Origin: Perkinsela sp. CCAP 1560/9
Lineage: Eukaryota; Protista; Euglenozoa: Kinetoplastea
Direction: 5' to 3'
DNA: 64,000 bases
NCBI GenBank assembly: GCA_965644495.1
Contig: CBFFSA010000007.1
Location: 830,001 to 894,000 of the forward strand
Shown: positions 8,543-18,330 of the stretch, in pieces
Layout of the letters: each line of letters opens with the position of its first letter
How positions within the stretch are numbered: the first letter of the stretch is position 1
Notes under the pieces: model-generated
The model's database searches: none
Told to the model about the DNA's origin: nothing
The model's input: only the letters and a program-made list of their open reading frames with translations
Position numbers and translations under genes: made by a program

Positions 8543-11500
8543 CTACTCCTCCAGAGTTGCGATGGGGTCTTCGGAAGGTGAACGAGCAACCATCATGCGC
8601 GCTTGAAAGCGCATAAGGGTTATGTTTAGTTCAGCGAAGATTCGGCTCGTTGCCTCACCTTCCGAAAGTAGACCCCCCGAAGCGTGCGAACACCTCTCAC
8701 CGACTTTGCGGAGCACGGCTGAAGCGCTGGGGCTCCAGGCGCCATAACTTTCGACCACCATGGCCGTAAAGTCGCATCCTGCTTCTACGGCTTCTCGACG
8801 CTGCTTGCCCTTCTCCATTGAAGAATAATGCTCGGCAAATGACCCCCGCGGCAACCCAGCTAGCGTTTCGGACTTTGTCCGTATATTTAAATTGCTGAGC
8901 ATGGGTGACCGCGAAGTCAAGCACAATGGGATTTCCAAGAAAAAGGCTGGGCAAGTATATGTCGCCAGGTCTGGTGAGGGCCCCACCTGGGCCCCTGTTC
9001 CCGAGACTCTTTTCTCGTAGAGGGGCGAGGCGGGCTCGACTTCACACGTCCGCGAACTGATCCGTAACAGCGTTGTGCCTGGTCACAATGCCATGGCCAT
9101 GTTTGCAAGACAGTGCATGGTCCTCTTTGCTGTCAAGGGGGAGCGAACATTTTGGCATGGGGCACGTGCTATCTTCATGGTAAATGTCCACGCCCAACCA
9201 CCAACGGGCCAAAGTTCGGAATTGTGGGGGTGTAAAGGCGTGCCCAAGGTCTTTCGAAGAAGTCACAAAGGCCCAGCTGCTCGCTCCCGTGCCACACTGG
9301 GAGATCCACCTTGCACGGGTTCGTGCATCAGTTGCCTCATATTCCTGGGAAAAGGCATGGGCTGCAATACCATAACTGATTACCCGCTGGCGCGGGATCT
9401 TCCCTTTGGGCCACTGTGGGGGTAACATGTCCTGGCAATCTTCAGAACCGTAGAGGGGAGTCGAGAGTGGGTAGGCGTCCGTGGGTGTGTTGGCCGTGCG
9501 GGATGTCGTACGAAGGACATGTCCCGGAGGCTCGTCCGGGGGGGGATCATTCCCTGGCGGAGTGCGCCTTCTCTTCCGGTAGAAGTACGGCGCGCTCAGG
9601 GCCTTCTCGCATGGGGCGTTGGGAGTTGTGAGAACACGACCTCGGGGATCGAGGAGAGCAGTGCCGGCCTTCTGATTGATGTCGAGGATGGCCTCCGAGA
9701 AACCTTCAGCGTCTGTGGGATCCCAGGAATCTTTGGCAGAGGCAAAGGCGACCGATGCAACGTAAGCCGCGGAGGCGTGGAGAGCTGCGGATCTCAGACC
9801 TAATCCCCCATGGCGCTTCAGTCGCTATGCTTGAGATTGTGCTGACCTGTCCAGAGGACAGATGATTGCCTCTATAGCGGTCATGAGAACGTCGTCTAAA
9901 CGGGAGCAAAGGTGAATCAGGGACTGTGGGGGCGTACTTCTCATGGCATACACCATTTGACAGAACCCCGCACATTGACGAATAAGGGCAAGCGCAACCT
10001 GGGAGTCTTGAATGTTGGTGATGGCATCGAAGGTATCCTCGGCTGGTTCTAGGGCGTGAGAAAGAAGATAAGCAGAGCAGTGGTCGGCGGATCCTACAGG
10101 ACTCCCTAGTATGTCAAAGTTCCCCTGCGAATTGATCTTCTCGTCGGGTATGTCTGGGAAGTAAGAAGCCTGGTGGACCGAGCTGGGGGAAGTAATAATT
10201 TCGCATTTCGACGTATTGAGATGCAAGCCTCATTGAGGTCCTACTCGGGCGATCGTGTCTAGGGCGTCTCTAACTTCCTGCGCCTGGCCAACGAGGACGC
10301 CATCGTCGAGATGCCAGAGTTGGGCGGGAATATCAGTTTGAAGGCAAATGGCTTCTGAGAGCTCCAGGGCCACCAACGAGAAGAGCAATGGTCCTAGGGG
10401 ATCGCCCTGTTGTACTCCTTCCTCGGAGGAGATGAATCGGGCCCCGTAGGTAAGAGAGCTGGGGTCGGAATAGCACCAATTGATCCAAGGGAAGAGTTCC
10501 TGGAAATGTTCCTGTACTAGTGTAAGGAAAGCAGCCCTGCTTACGTTATTGAAAGCGTTACGTAGGTCCACTTTGCACATGACGAAATTCGGGTTTTCCA
10601 TATTGGACATGGCCAGGCGACACATGTGAATGACTCTTTCGGCCCCGGCTGGCGCTGCCACTCCGTACTGTTTGCCTTCAAAGAGCTCGCTCGCTTTGGG
10701 TCGGATTGCGTTGCATACGGCTTTGCTCGCTAATCAGGGTTTCACCGGCAGCGATCGGACGAACATCATTTTCGCCCTTTGATAGGGCGCACAAGCGCGC
10801 CTCTGCAAAGTGCGCCTGTACTTCAGAGGGTGCCTTCCCAGCTAGGAGGTGATTTGTTAGCTTTGTGAGGGATCGGAGAAAGTCATTTACATGTACGAGC
10901 AGTGCTGCCTGTAGGTGCTCTGGGCGTAAGCCAATAGTGCCGGCAGAGGAGCCCCTGTTGAAGCTCTTCAGCGTCTTCGCAACTTCGCGTTCGTCAAGTT
11001 CCAGTGGAGCGCAGTTCGGGGGCGGGCAGTTTTCGCACGAGTCAATTTGAAGACGACGGGGGTGTTTTTCTAGCAATTTTTCAAACGTCTCGTCATCGTC
11101 GGGCGCCATTGGGTCTGACGTTAGGGAGGCCAACCCTCTAGAGAACTCGCCGTGGCGGACGAGGGGTTCTGCTCGAATCGCTGCCTTCTCGTCTTTATCA
11201 GGGAATTCCGTTGGGGATTTTGGTTTTTTTCACAGGCTACAAGTGCTTCGCTCCATAGGTCCGAGTACTCTTGTTCCGCCCAACGCTGCATGCACTTATA
11301 CGCGTGTGAGGCATATGCCATGTGGCCTTTGCGGCCCCCGAGATGCGGAGCTGGTAAAACGCATTTGGAAAGCATGGCCAATAGCGTCCGTGCCTGTAAG
11401 GAGTTTTCAGACACCGCGTTCCGAATGGCGGTGAGGATTTCTTCCCAGATCTGGCGGCGCCGATGAGGCACGTCTTTGCACGTGCTCAGCTGAAGAGAGC

Positions 11501-11561
11501 AGACAGAAGGAAGAGGTGGGAGCTCAAAGTTGGTGTTCTCTGGTGTTGGTGCGGTGCTCAC
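8543..11561 (-). pseudogene. Disrupted RT/REL polyprotein ORF of the retrotransposon
   Basis: In-frame stops at 10230-10232 (TGA) and 9825-9827 (TAG); frameshifts near 11130, 10735 and 8860-8960; YLDD appears as HLDD. Confidence 0.85.
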
Positions 11562-11753
11562 TTCGTTGGATGGAGTAGGAAGTTCGGGAGAGTGGAGCGT
11601 GACGGTTTTCTTTTTTTTTTCAAAATCGTTTCGCCTATTGTATTTTGAAAGTTTGGTACCTATACTAGCTTTCTACGCCGTTGTTTTCACAAGATACCCC
11701 TTCTTGAAGCCGTGGCACGATTCCCGAAATGACACCCCAAAAAATAGGTGTCC

Positions 11754-11792
11754 TGGCAAAACCAGGCAAAACTCGGCAAAACCCGGCAAAAC
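11754..11792. repeat. 10-bp tandem repeat (GGCAAAACNN)x4 near the element's 5' end
   Basis: ggcaaaacca ggcaaaactc ggcaaaaccc ggcaaaac. Confidence 0.75.
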
Positions 11793-12289
11793 TTAACAGG
11801 TTTCAACCCTCTAAGACAACTGTCTTCTATGAAAAGGCTCACAAGGAGAAAAGTTTAAGTCCATTAGTAGAATTTTACTGAACGTATTTACTATGAAGAG
11901 ACACGGAGGCCAGAGAACTAGAGGTAGACGAACTCCCGTCAGCTGACATCCCTGCTGTTATCCATCCCGTACAGATAGTATGGGCTTCCTTTCGATAGCA
12001 TGGGCTTCCTTACTGTCCTTGGCTTGTCTTCACTACATGGTTGAAATTGGTAGCCCGCGGTTCCTCAGATTACTACAAGCTCAGGCGTAAACACCCTTTT
12101 CGGTCATTTTGCGTGGCAGTGAGGGCATTGGATGACACTGAGTGACTGCACAGGGTCCATTGTATGCGTTCCCTTACAATCCAATGCTTAATTTTATCAT
12201 AAACTCGCTCTTCTCCACCGAAATCTCTCTATTACCCCTCCCTCTCTATTGCGCTGACATTATTTAATATTCCATGTCTGAAGTCCTTT

Positions 12290-13222
12290 TTACAGGACGC
12301 CAGTTGCATCCCACGCATAATGTAAATCCTCGTTTAACCCATTCAGCGCCGACAAGCACTCGCTACTCAACGGAGGCATGTCCCGTACCCGACTATTTTC
12401 GAGAATATGCACAGGTTTCACTGCCTTTGGAATTACACTCATACCGGAGTCCAGTGCCCACAGTAAACACACCTGGGCTGGGGTCATGTCATGGCGCTTG
12501 GCGATTTCTTGCACTACTGGATCTTGCACAATTCGCTTGTGATCGGGCTCTCGGTTTCCATACACCAGCGCGGGAGGCTCAAGATTCCGTCCCATCGACG
12601 TATACGCCATCACATGTATCCCATTCGCTTCGCAGTACTTCCGTAACGGTTGTTGCGTAAGATAGGGGTGTACTTCAACCTGATTGACCGCAGGAATGTT
12701 TTCCGGAAAAGCTTCTCTCAAATCCTGCAGATGTTCTACAGTGAAATTGGACACCCCAATGGAACGCACGCGGCCGGACGCTTTCAACTCAATCAGTGCT
12801 CTCCACGCCTCATGACGTCGTTTGCGGTGCGTAGGACTGCGTGGGTTGGCCAGCTTTCCACCAGGCCAGTGCAACAACAACAAATCAATATAACGCGGGG
12901 TCGTCCCTCTGGGAATGAAATTCATGTCAAGCGCCTGGAGCGATTGTTCACAACTTTCCAAGGCCCCTTCGTAGGACATCGCCTCCCGTGGTACTTTGGT
13001 GATCAAGAATACTTTTTCTCGAGGTGTCGCGGTAGCGAATATTCCGAGCGCGACGTAGGTCTCATTTTTATACCCCCGGGCGGTGTCAATCATAGAATAG
13101 TGGCACACGTTGCACGCATATTGTACGGCATCACTGCATTTATTTTTTCGAGATCGAAAAGTGCCAAGACCAAAGGTAGGCATTCGATTGCCATCGTTGA
13201 GTTCGACGTATTCGGCTCGCAT
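12290..13222 (-). CDS. Aldo-keto reductase (AKR5/prostaglandin F synthase-like)
   Basis: MPTFGLGT, IDTARGY, ITKV, LLHWP, SIGVSNF, NQVEVHPY and SVIPK; catalytic D/Y/K/H present. Confidence 0.93.
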   Translation of the reverse strand: MRAEYVELNDGNRMPTFGLGTFRSRKNKCSDAVQYACNVCHYSMIDTARGYKNETYVALGIFATATPREKVFLITKVPREAMSYEGALESCEQSLQALDMNFIPRGTTPRYIDLLLLHWPGGKLANPRSPTHRKRRHEAWRALIELKASGRVRSIGVSNFTVEHLQDLREAFPENIPAVNQVEVHPYLTQQPLRKYCEANGIHVMAYTSMGRNLEPPALVYGNREPDHKRIVQDPVVQEIAKRHDMTPAQVCLLWALDSGMSVIPKAVKPVHILENSRVRDMPPLSSECLSALNGLNEDLHYAWDATGVL

Positions 13223-13598
13223 AGAGAAAACAACGTACTGGGAAATAGAGTCCTAAAAAGAGTGCACAGAGTTGTGTAATAAGGAGTCAGGCTTCACGTG
13301 TGCAGTAAAAAAGGGAAACCAAAAAAATACGCATTACTAGAGGTGGTAACTTATGACCGATACAGATCATTCGATCTCATAGAAAGAAGTTACGATTGCC
13401 ACAGCACATAGGAAAAGCTTTTCTTGTTCATATACTCAAAAAAGAAAGCTACTGTATGTTCTATAGTAGCGTTGAGCTCTTCCAAAATAGTTACAGAGAA
13501 TTCTCATGCGGTGTCACACGTGCACTCATTGAAGAATTGATTTTCATAGAAGCCACCGAATTGATATTACACGTCTAAAGGACCTCTTCTGTTATTCG

Positions 13599-14885
13599 CT
13601 ATCCGTGTTTGGGCAACCGCTTTGCTGAGCTACCCAAGTGGTTGAAAAAATCTTCCAAAGGAGGAAAATCGACTAAAAACTGTGAACTTTCACTTGAAAG
13701 GGGAACGACTAATGCTACGGCGATGTGCACCAACCTTGCCTCATCAGTTTGATTATTGTATGACTGGGTCTGGGCTACAGCCTTACCAATTAATTCTTTA
13801 CCTTTTGTCAAATACATTTCATCTGTGAGACTTAGGAGGACCTCACGAAGGCTCGCCGTCGCACACAGCTGACGGAGAAAATGTTTTTGAGTCGGTTTAT
13901 TTTCCAAAGCTTCCATAAGAAGAGAAAACGTGGATTTGTCTTGATTTTTTATACATGCGCCCGCGAGATTATCTTGCTCTTGGTTTTCAAAGAGTTTATT
14001 CTCGAAATCTCTACGCAAGTGATCTATAAAAATCATAACCTCTCTTGAGGAAACGAAAGACTGCAGTCGAGTGGGATCAATTTCGCCACAGGAGAGGTCT
14101 AGATATCCGTTGCTTCCAGTTTCTCTCTCCGACCTACGCTGCGCATTCGATCCGCTAATTTCAAAGGCATGTTTTGCAATTTTGTGTACACTCTTTATGA
14201 ACGATTCCGTCTCTAATTGCTTTTCAGTATTCCAGAGGTCCGGGAATGTGGATTCAGCAAAGCACATTCCAAGAAAATCGTTGTCCAAGCCTCGGCTGTC
14301 AAGCCCAGATGAAGTTGAGACAGATTCAACAAAAGCATCATAGGTTGCACGAGCAGAGAGAGTCAAAGTTATCATTGCGATAACATAGGGAAGAATAAGA
14401 AAACGCAGGAAACTATTTTCGACAACATTACGCCATAAAACAACACGAGTGGATCGACTTTCGGTCCTGCGTATTTTATCGATAAGCGAATCCACCGGAC
14501 ATAGAGATTCGAACACTGTCTGAATTTTAAGTGAAAATAAAGGATGTGAGCCATGAATTGCAGATCTTTCAGAAGCGGTAAGCCAAGTTCTGACATCATG
14601 CAAGTGCTTACGAAACTTTATATCAAAATTTTGTTGTGCAGATCTCTCCGTTACAAGGTGTGAGCCGATGTACTTGACTCCGTGCGCCAAAAGATCTTCT
14701 CTGGAAGGAAAATATCTCCGTGCGACAATGACTCCAAGGATTAATAAGTTCCAGTACGTCAGGTAGCGCCATCGTCGAGGCCATAAAGCAAAGCGATGGA
14801 GGCCAAGTCGTAGGAAACGCATAAGCCTTTGTATAATTCTGTTGGTAATCGACAATAAGCGACCAATCCTTTGGAAGGAAATCAT
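13599..14885 (-). CDS. Divergent peroxin PEX3 candidate
   Basis: Basic RRWR followed by a TM segment near the N-terminus, then RVVLWRNVVENSFLRFLILPYVIAMITL, resembling the PEX3 LWxxLKxxSFxR...Y Pex19-binding helices. Confidence 0.55.
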   Translation of the reverse strand: MISFQRIGRLLSITNRIIQRLMRFLRLGLHRFALWPRRWRYLTYWNLLILGVIVARRYFPSREDLLAHGVKYIGSHLVTERSAQQNFDIKFRKHLHDVRTWLTASERSAIHGSHPLFSLKIQTVFESLCPVDSLIDKIRRTESRSTRVVLWRNVVENSFLRFLILPYVIAMITLTLSARATYDAFVESVSTSSGLDSRGLDNDFLGMCFAESTFPDLWNTEKQLETESFIKSVHKIAKHAFEISGSNAQRRSERETGSNGYLDLSCGEIDPTRLQSFVSSREVMIFIDHLRRDFENKLFENQEQDNLAGACIKNQDKSTFSLLMEALENKPTQKHFLRQLCATASLREVLLSLTDEMYLTKGKELIGKAVAQTQSYNNQTDEARLVHIAVALVVPLSSESSQFLVDFPPLEDFFNHLGSSAKRLPKHG

Positions 14886-15198
14886 GAATTTATCTTTTAG
14901 ATTAGAAATGAATTAATTCCTAAATAAAGGGATAGATCAACGGACTTCTCGTTAAAATCTTTGTATCTTTTCCACATCCAAGATTTCATTGTCGAAGGTC
15001 AACTTCATGAGCTCATCGAAGGTTCATGACCATCAAATTGGACTGATTGATTCAATCAAACTCAGTCCTTGTTGTCTACAACATCTAAGCGTCGTAATGA
15101 AAGTTGTACTCAGCATCACGAACAGAAATAAAAAGGCGAAAGAATTCTGTCGGCAAGGAGGCAAGTCAATTTGACTCAAGGACAAACTTTTGTTGCTA

Positions 15199-16110
15199 TT
15201 ATTCTACGAGTTGTTTCAGCTGATTTATTAACACATTTATTTTGTAATCAAGTTGCGTGTTCGCCTTAGGCGAATTAGCTGGTATCCATAATCGTTTTCT
15301 ATGTCTAACTAGGCTGGTCGTAGAGGGGTGATCTACTAGTGATTTGCGTTGAAGTGTATATCTATCTGAATCTAATTTGATATTTGGCCAGACTAGGTAA
15401 GTAGCACGCTGTTTTTTCTTGGAATCTGTGCTGATCGCTTGAATAGTCTTTTGCAAAAAGGATTGTAGTGAAACCCATGCATCTCGATGTTTGACAACTT
15501 CGCACAACCAGGGCATAATGCGAAGTAGGCAATCAGAAGCTTGGAAAAGCGGGATAGAATATGCAGCTCCATCCTTTAAGGCACCCACGTTGTTTTCAAG
15601 AACAAACGTTTTTTCGTCTCTAATCAATTGGCCTGATTGTTTCCTTTGTAGAAGTTCCTGTCTTTCTGCCTTGTATTTTTGTATCATCGCACAAAATTTG
15701 TGCTGGTATTGAAAATAGGTATGACGCATGTTATTATGTGCGCCAACGTATAAGTTCAATGTCTCTTCTAAATACGATTTTGAGGCTTCTTCTTCTTTCA
15801 CAATTTTTTGCCTTGTTGCACTTTCAACCGCCAACAGTGACATACGAAAACGTTTTGACAACTTGATTTTGGGTGTTCCTGATGATACATTAATCCAATC
15901 AGGCGTAGGTATGGCTAAAATTCTGCTTTCCCTCCTTTTAGAGCAACCTCCCGTCCGGAGGACTTTTGAATGCGGGGAACTTGATAATTGAGTATAATGA
16001 GACGCATCATTTCCTACCCGATGTTCGTCATGAAAAGATTCCATGCTGCAAGGGGCAAAATGAGACGAATCCGTTCGGTTTACAACAATGTGGTGCAAAG
16101 TACTTGACAT
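15199..16110 (-). CDS. Hypothetical protein with coiled-coil character
   Basis: 303-aa ATG ORF on the coding strand; no recognised motif. Confidence 0.6.
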   Translation of the reverse strand: MSSTLHHIVVNRTDSSHFAPCSMESFHDEHRVGNDASHYTQLSSSPHSKVLRTGGCSKRRESRILAIPTPDWINVSSGTPKIKLSKRFRMSLLAVESATRQKIVKEEEASKSYLEETLNLYVGAHNNMRHTYFQYQHKFCAMIQKYKAERQELLQRKQSGQLIRDEKTFVLENNVGALKDGAAYSIPLFQASDCLLRIMPWLCEVVKHRDAWVSLQSFLQKTIQAISTDSKKKQRATYLVWPNIKLDSDRYTLQRKSLVDHPSTTSLVRHRKRLWIPANSPKANTQLDYKINVLINQLKQLVE

Positions 16111-16440
16111 TTAAATATTGGAATGTTATGCGACGTGATTTCCCGAGTCGTTTAGAACATGGAAAATATTTGATTAATGGGTTATTTGGTAACCTATGAG
16201 AATGATCTTACAGAGGTCATCCCTATCCTACACCATGTAGTTGATTAATATACCCCATGTTACATGACTTTTTGTACACACCTGCGTTTAAGCGCAACAC
16301 GGCAGACCCTGTTATTCATGCCCACTGACATGCAGTCAGAATGCTCGAATTTCTTCCCGACACGAAGCACGTGATCGCCCGTAAAAGCGGACGTTTTCTT
16401 TTAAAAAACGAGAGGCACTAAAAGTGGAAAGGACGGTAAT

Positions 16441-17775
16441 TTATCTGTGTTCACATGAACATGTTCCACTGCAACTACAGAGCATACAATCACCTTTGCC
16501 ACTCGAATCGGATTCGGATAATTCGGGTTCTCGTACTGCAATATGTGAAGTAGCATCTTTGCCTGACAATTGTTCAGTACTATTATTATGCGGTGATACT
16601 AGTTTTGCAACAAATTCTGTTCTGACAGCAATGCTTGCAGCTTTCTCCAGTAGTGCATCGGGTGTGTATTTGTTTAAAGCTTCCCTATGATCAAATACTG
16701 TAAAGCTGAGTCCTATACTTTTAATAAGAAGATCGGTTTGCGGATTGTTTGTTGAAAGGTATCTGGCGGACCTTCCTCCACTAGTCCATGATCCATAAGG
16801 AACACTACGCTGAAAAGATGGAATTTCGATATTTTCACATTTGGCACCTAACTCGGCTATCTCACGTGAAATCAACATTTCGGTGTCAATTAACGGATTC
16901 GGAAGTAGCTTTGTTTTTTCTGTCACACGTAGAATTGCGACCCATTCTCGATCCATTAGCAATGTTCTGCTAGAGTCCGCATTTTGAGCGTATAAAACTT
17001 GCAAGAAGTTTCTCCGTGGACCTGGCTTATCCAAAGCGAGAAAACGCGTCTTCCTATGCCCGTCGTGAGAAAGAATAGCTGCAAATTTAGTATGTAAATG
17101 TGCACTAAACCAATATGATGGCTTTAAAAGCCGAAGAAGTGACATTGCGTGAGGATTTCCGAGACGTTTTCTAGATATATCGTCTTCGAAGTGCGGCTTT
17201 TGCCGCAGCAACCTCTCAATGTTGCCGAAATCTGTTATGCCTAGTGGCCAGTCGTGGGAAACCATGATATCTATACTTGGGCTCAGCAAACTCAGTTTCT
17301 CCGCATCGGATCTTCGGATGTGATAAATACTTCTCTCAGTTCCGCGCGTAAAAGGTGGCGTTTCGGTAGTTGGGAGGTTTTCGTCCCTCCGGTTGTATAT
17401 GCCACTAATTCCAGCGATTCGCAGTCCAGCAAACTGCACACACCCAGTGCATCCTAGATAATAAATATTATCTGCCAACCATCCACCGTAGTACAGCTCC
17501 TTCAAGTAATTACTCGCCTCATGATTACCTCCTATGACGATCGTGAGAAGAGGAGCAAGCTTGGTGCCAGCGTAGTATTGGTAAAAGTCTCCCAAACGAC
17601 GGTACTTTTCTGGGACAGCTACGCATCCGAGATCCTCAGCATTTCGAGAGGCTTCAAGGTCACCACAGACAATGAGCAGTTCAATTTTTATTCCTTGATA
17701 TGACTCAATTCGACGAATACTATCATAAATAAGATCCAATTGACCGTGAGCACATCCTTCTACAGCGTAGTACAT
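16441..17775 (-). CDS. DBR1: Lariat/Y-branch debranching enzyme
   Basis: AVEGCAHG, CGDL..RN, GGNHEASNYL, YYGGW, SHDWP, SAHLH, ALDK. Probable start MYYAVEG at 17775. Confidence 0.95.
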   Translation of the reverse strand: MYYAVEGCAHGQLDLIYDSIRRIESYQGIKIELLIVCGDLEASRNAEDLGCVAVPEKYRRLGDFYQYYAGTKLAPLLTIVIGGNHEASNYLKELYYGGWLADNIYYLGCTGCVQFAGLRIAGISGIYNRRDENLPTTETPPFTRGTERSIYHIRRSDAEKLSLLSPSIDIMVSHDWPLGITDFGNIERLLRQKPHFEDDISRKRLGNPHAMSLLRLLKPSYWFSAHLHTKFAAILSHDGHRKTRFLALDKPGPRRNFLQVLYAQNADSSRTLLMDREWVAILRVTEKTKLLPNPLIDTEMLISREIAELGAKCENIEIPSFQRSVPYGSWTSGGRSARYLSTNNPQTDLLIKSIGLSFTVFDHREALNKYTPDALLEKAASIAVRTEFVAKLVSPHNNSTEQLSGKDATSHIAVREPELSESDSSGKGDCMLCSCSGTCSCEHR

Positions 17776-18330
17776 GCAATATGGTAGATTAACCCGACAT
17801 TTTCTGTAATTACTATTTTTCAACAAAGTAACTAGGCTAAACGTTCTGATCAACGTAGTATACTCTACGAATACAACCTTAAAATCACATATTGGTCATG
17901 CGTAAAGATCAGTAAACGTTCGTGGAATCCCATGCGAAATTCTTTTCTAAGGTACAAAACACAGTTCTTCACCGTATACCCTTGAAAAGTACAGTGTGAG
18001 TTGCAGAGGGGGCTGTAGATTCATTCATGTACTTTCAATGAGCTTCGTGAGCCTTTTGAAGACAAGCACTTAGAAAAATGCTTCGAAAAAGTGTGTCCAG
18101 GCGCATTTTCTAGACGAAATATTCCTTTCGAGTCAAACGCCTTCGATCATATTGCAGAATCTGTGGTAGATGTAATTGGCACGATTACGGAGCACTATGT
18201 AAAACACAGTACGACGAGGGATGCAAAGCTGTATGAAATGTGGCCGAAGCCTCATATTCTTGATGTAATCTCTACATCCCTGTATTGATATACATCTGTT
18301 TGTGTCCGTTATTTATATTTCTTTCGGGTC

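Larger units (their letters stand above)
7506..11800 (-). mobile_element. Degenerate CRE-clade non-LTR retrotransposon (RT plus restriction-like endonuclease); boundaries approximate
   Basis: Collinear fragments: SSAGTIGLRPEHL, VRPIAAGETL, KVDLRNAFN, GVQQGDPLGPLLF, WHLDDG, GLHLNTSKC, GGLGLRS, CCHC knuckle (CPMPKC...HALSC...RHNAV) and PD/LDFAVT/ESYGAW endonuclease motifs. Confidence 0.85.

Noticed and set aside
7750-11792. Short tandem repeats as a CRISPR array or telomere
   Set aside because: No constant repeat with unique equal-length spacers, no cas genes and no TTAGGG array.
16300-16320. CAGACCCTGTTATT resembling antisense to SSU AAUAACAGGUCUG
   Set aside because: The match needs a gap, lies on the non-cluster strand, and has no adjacent D box.
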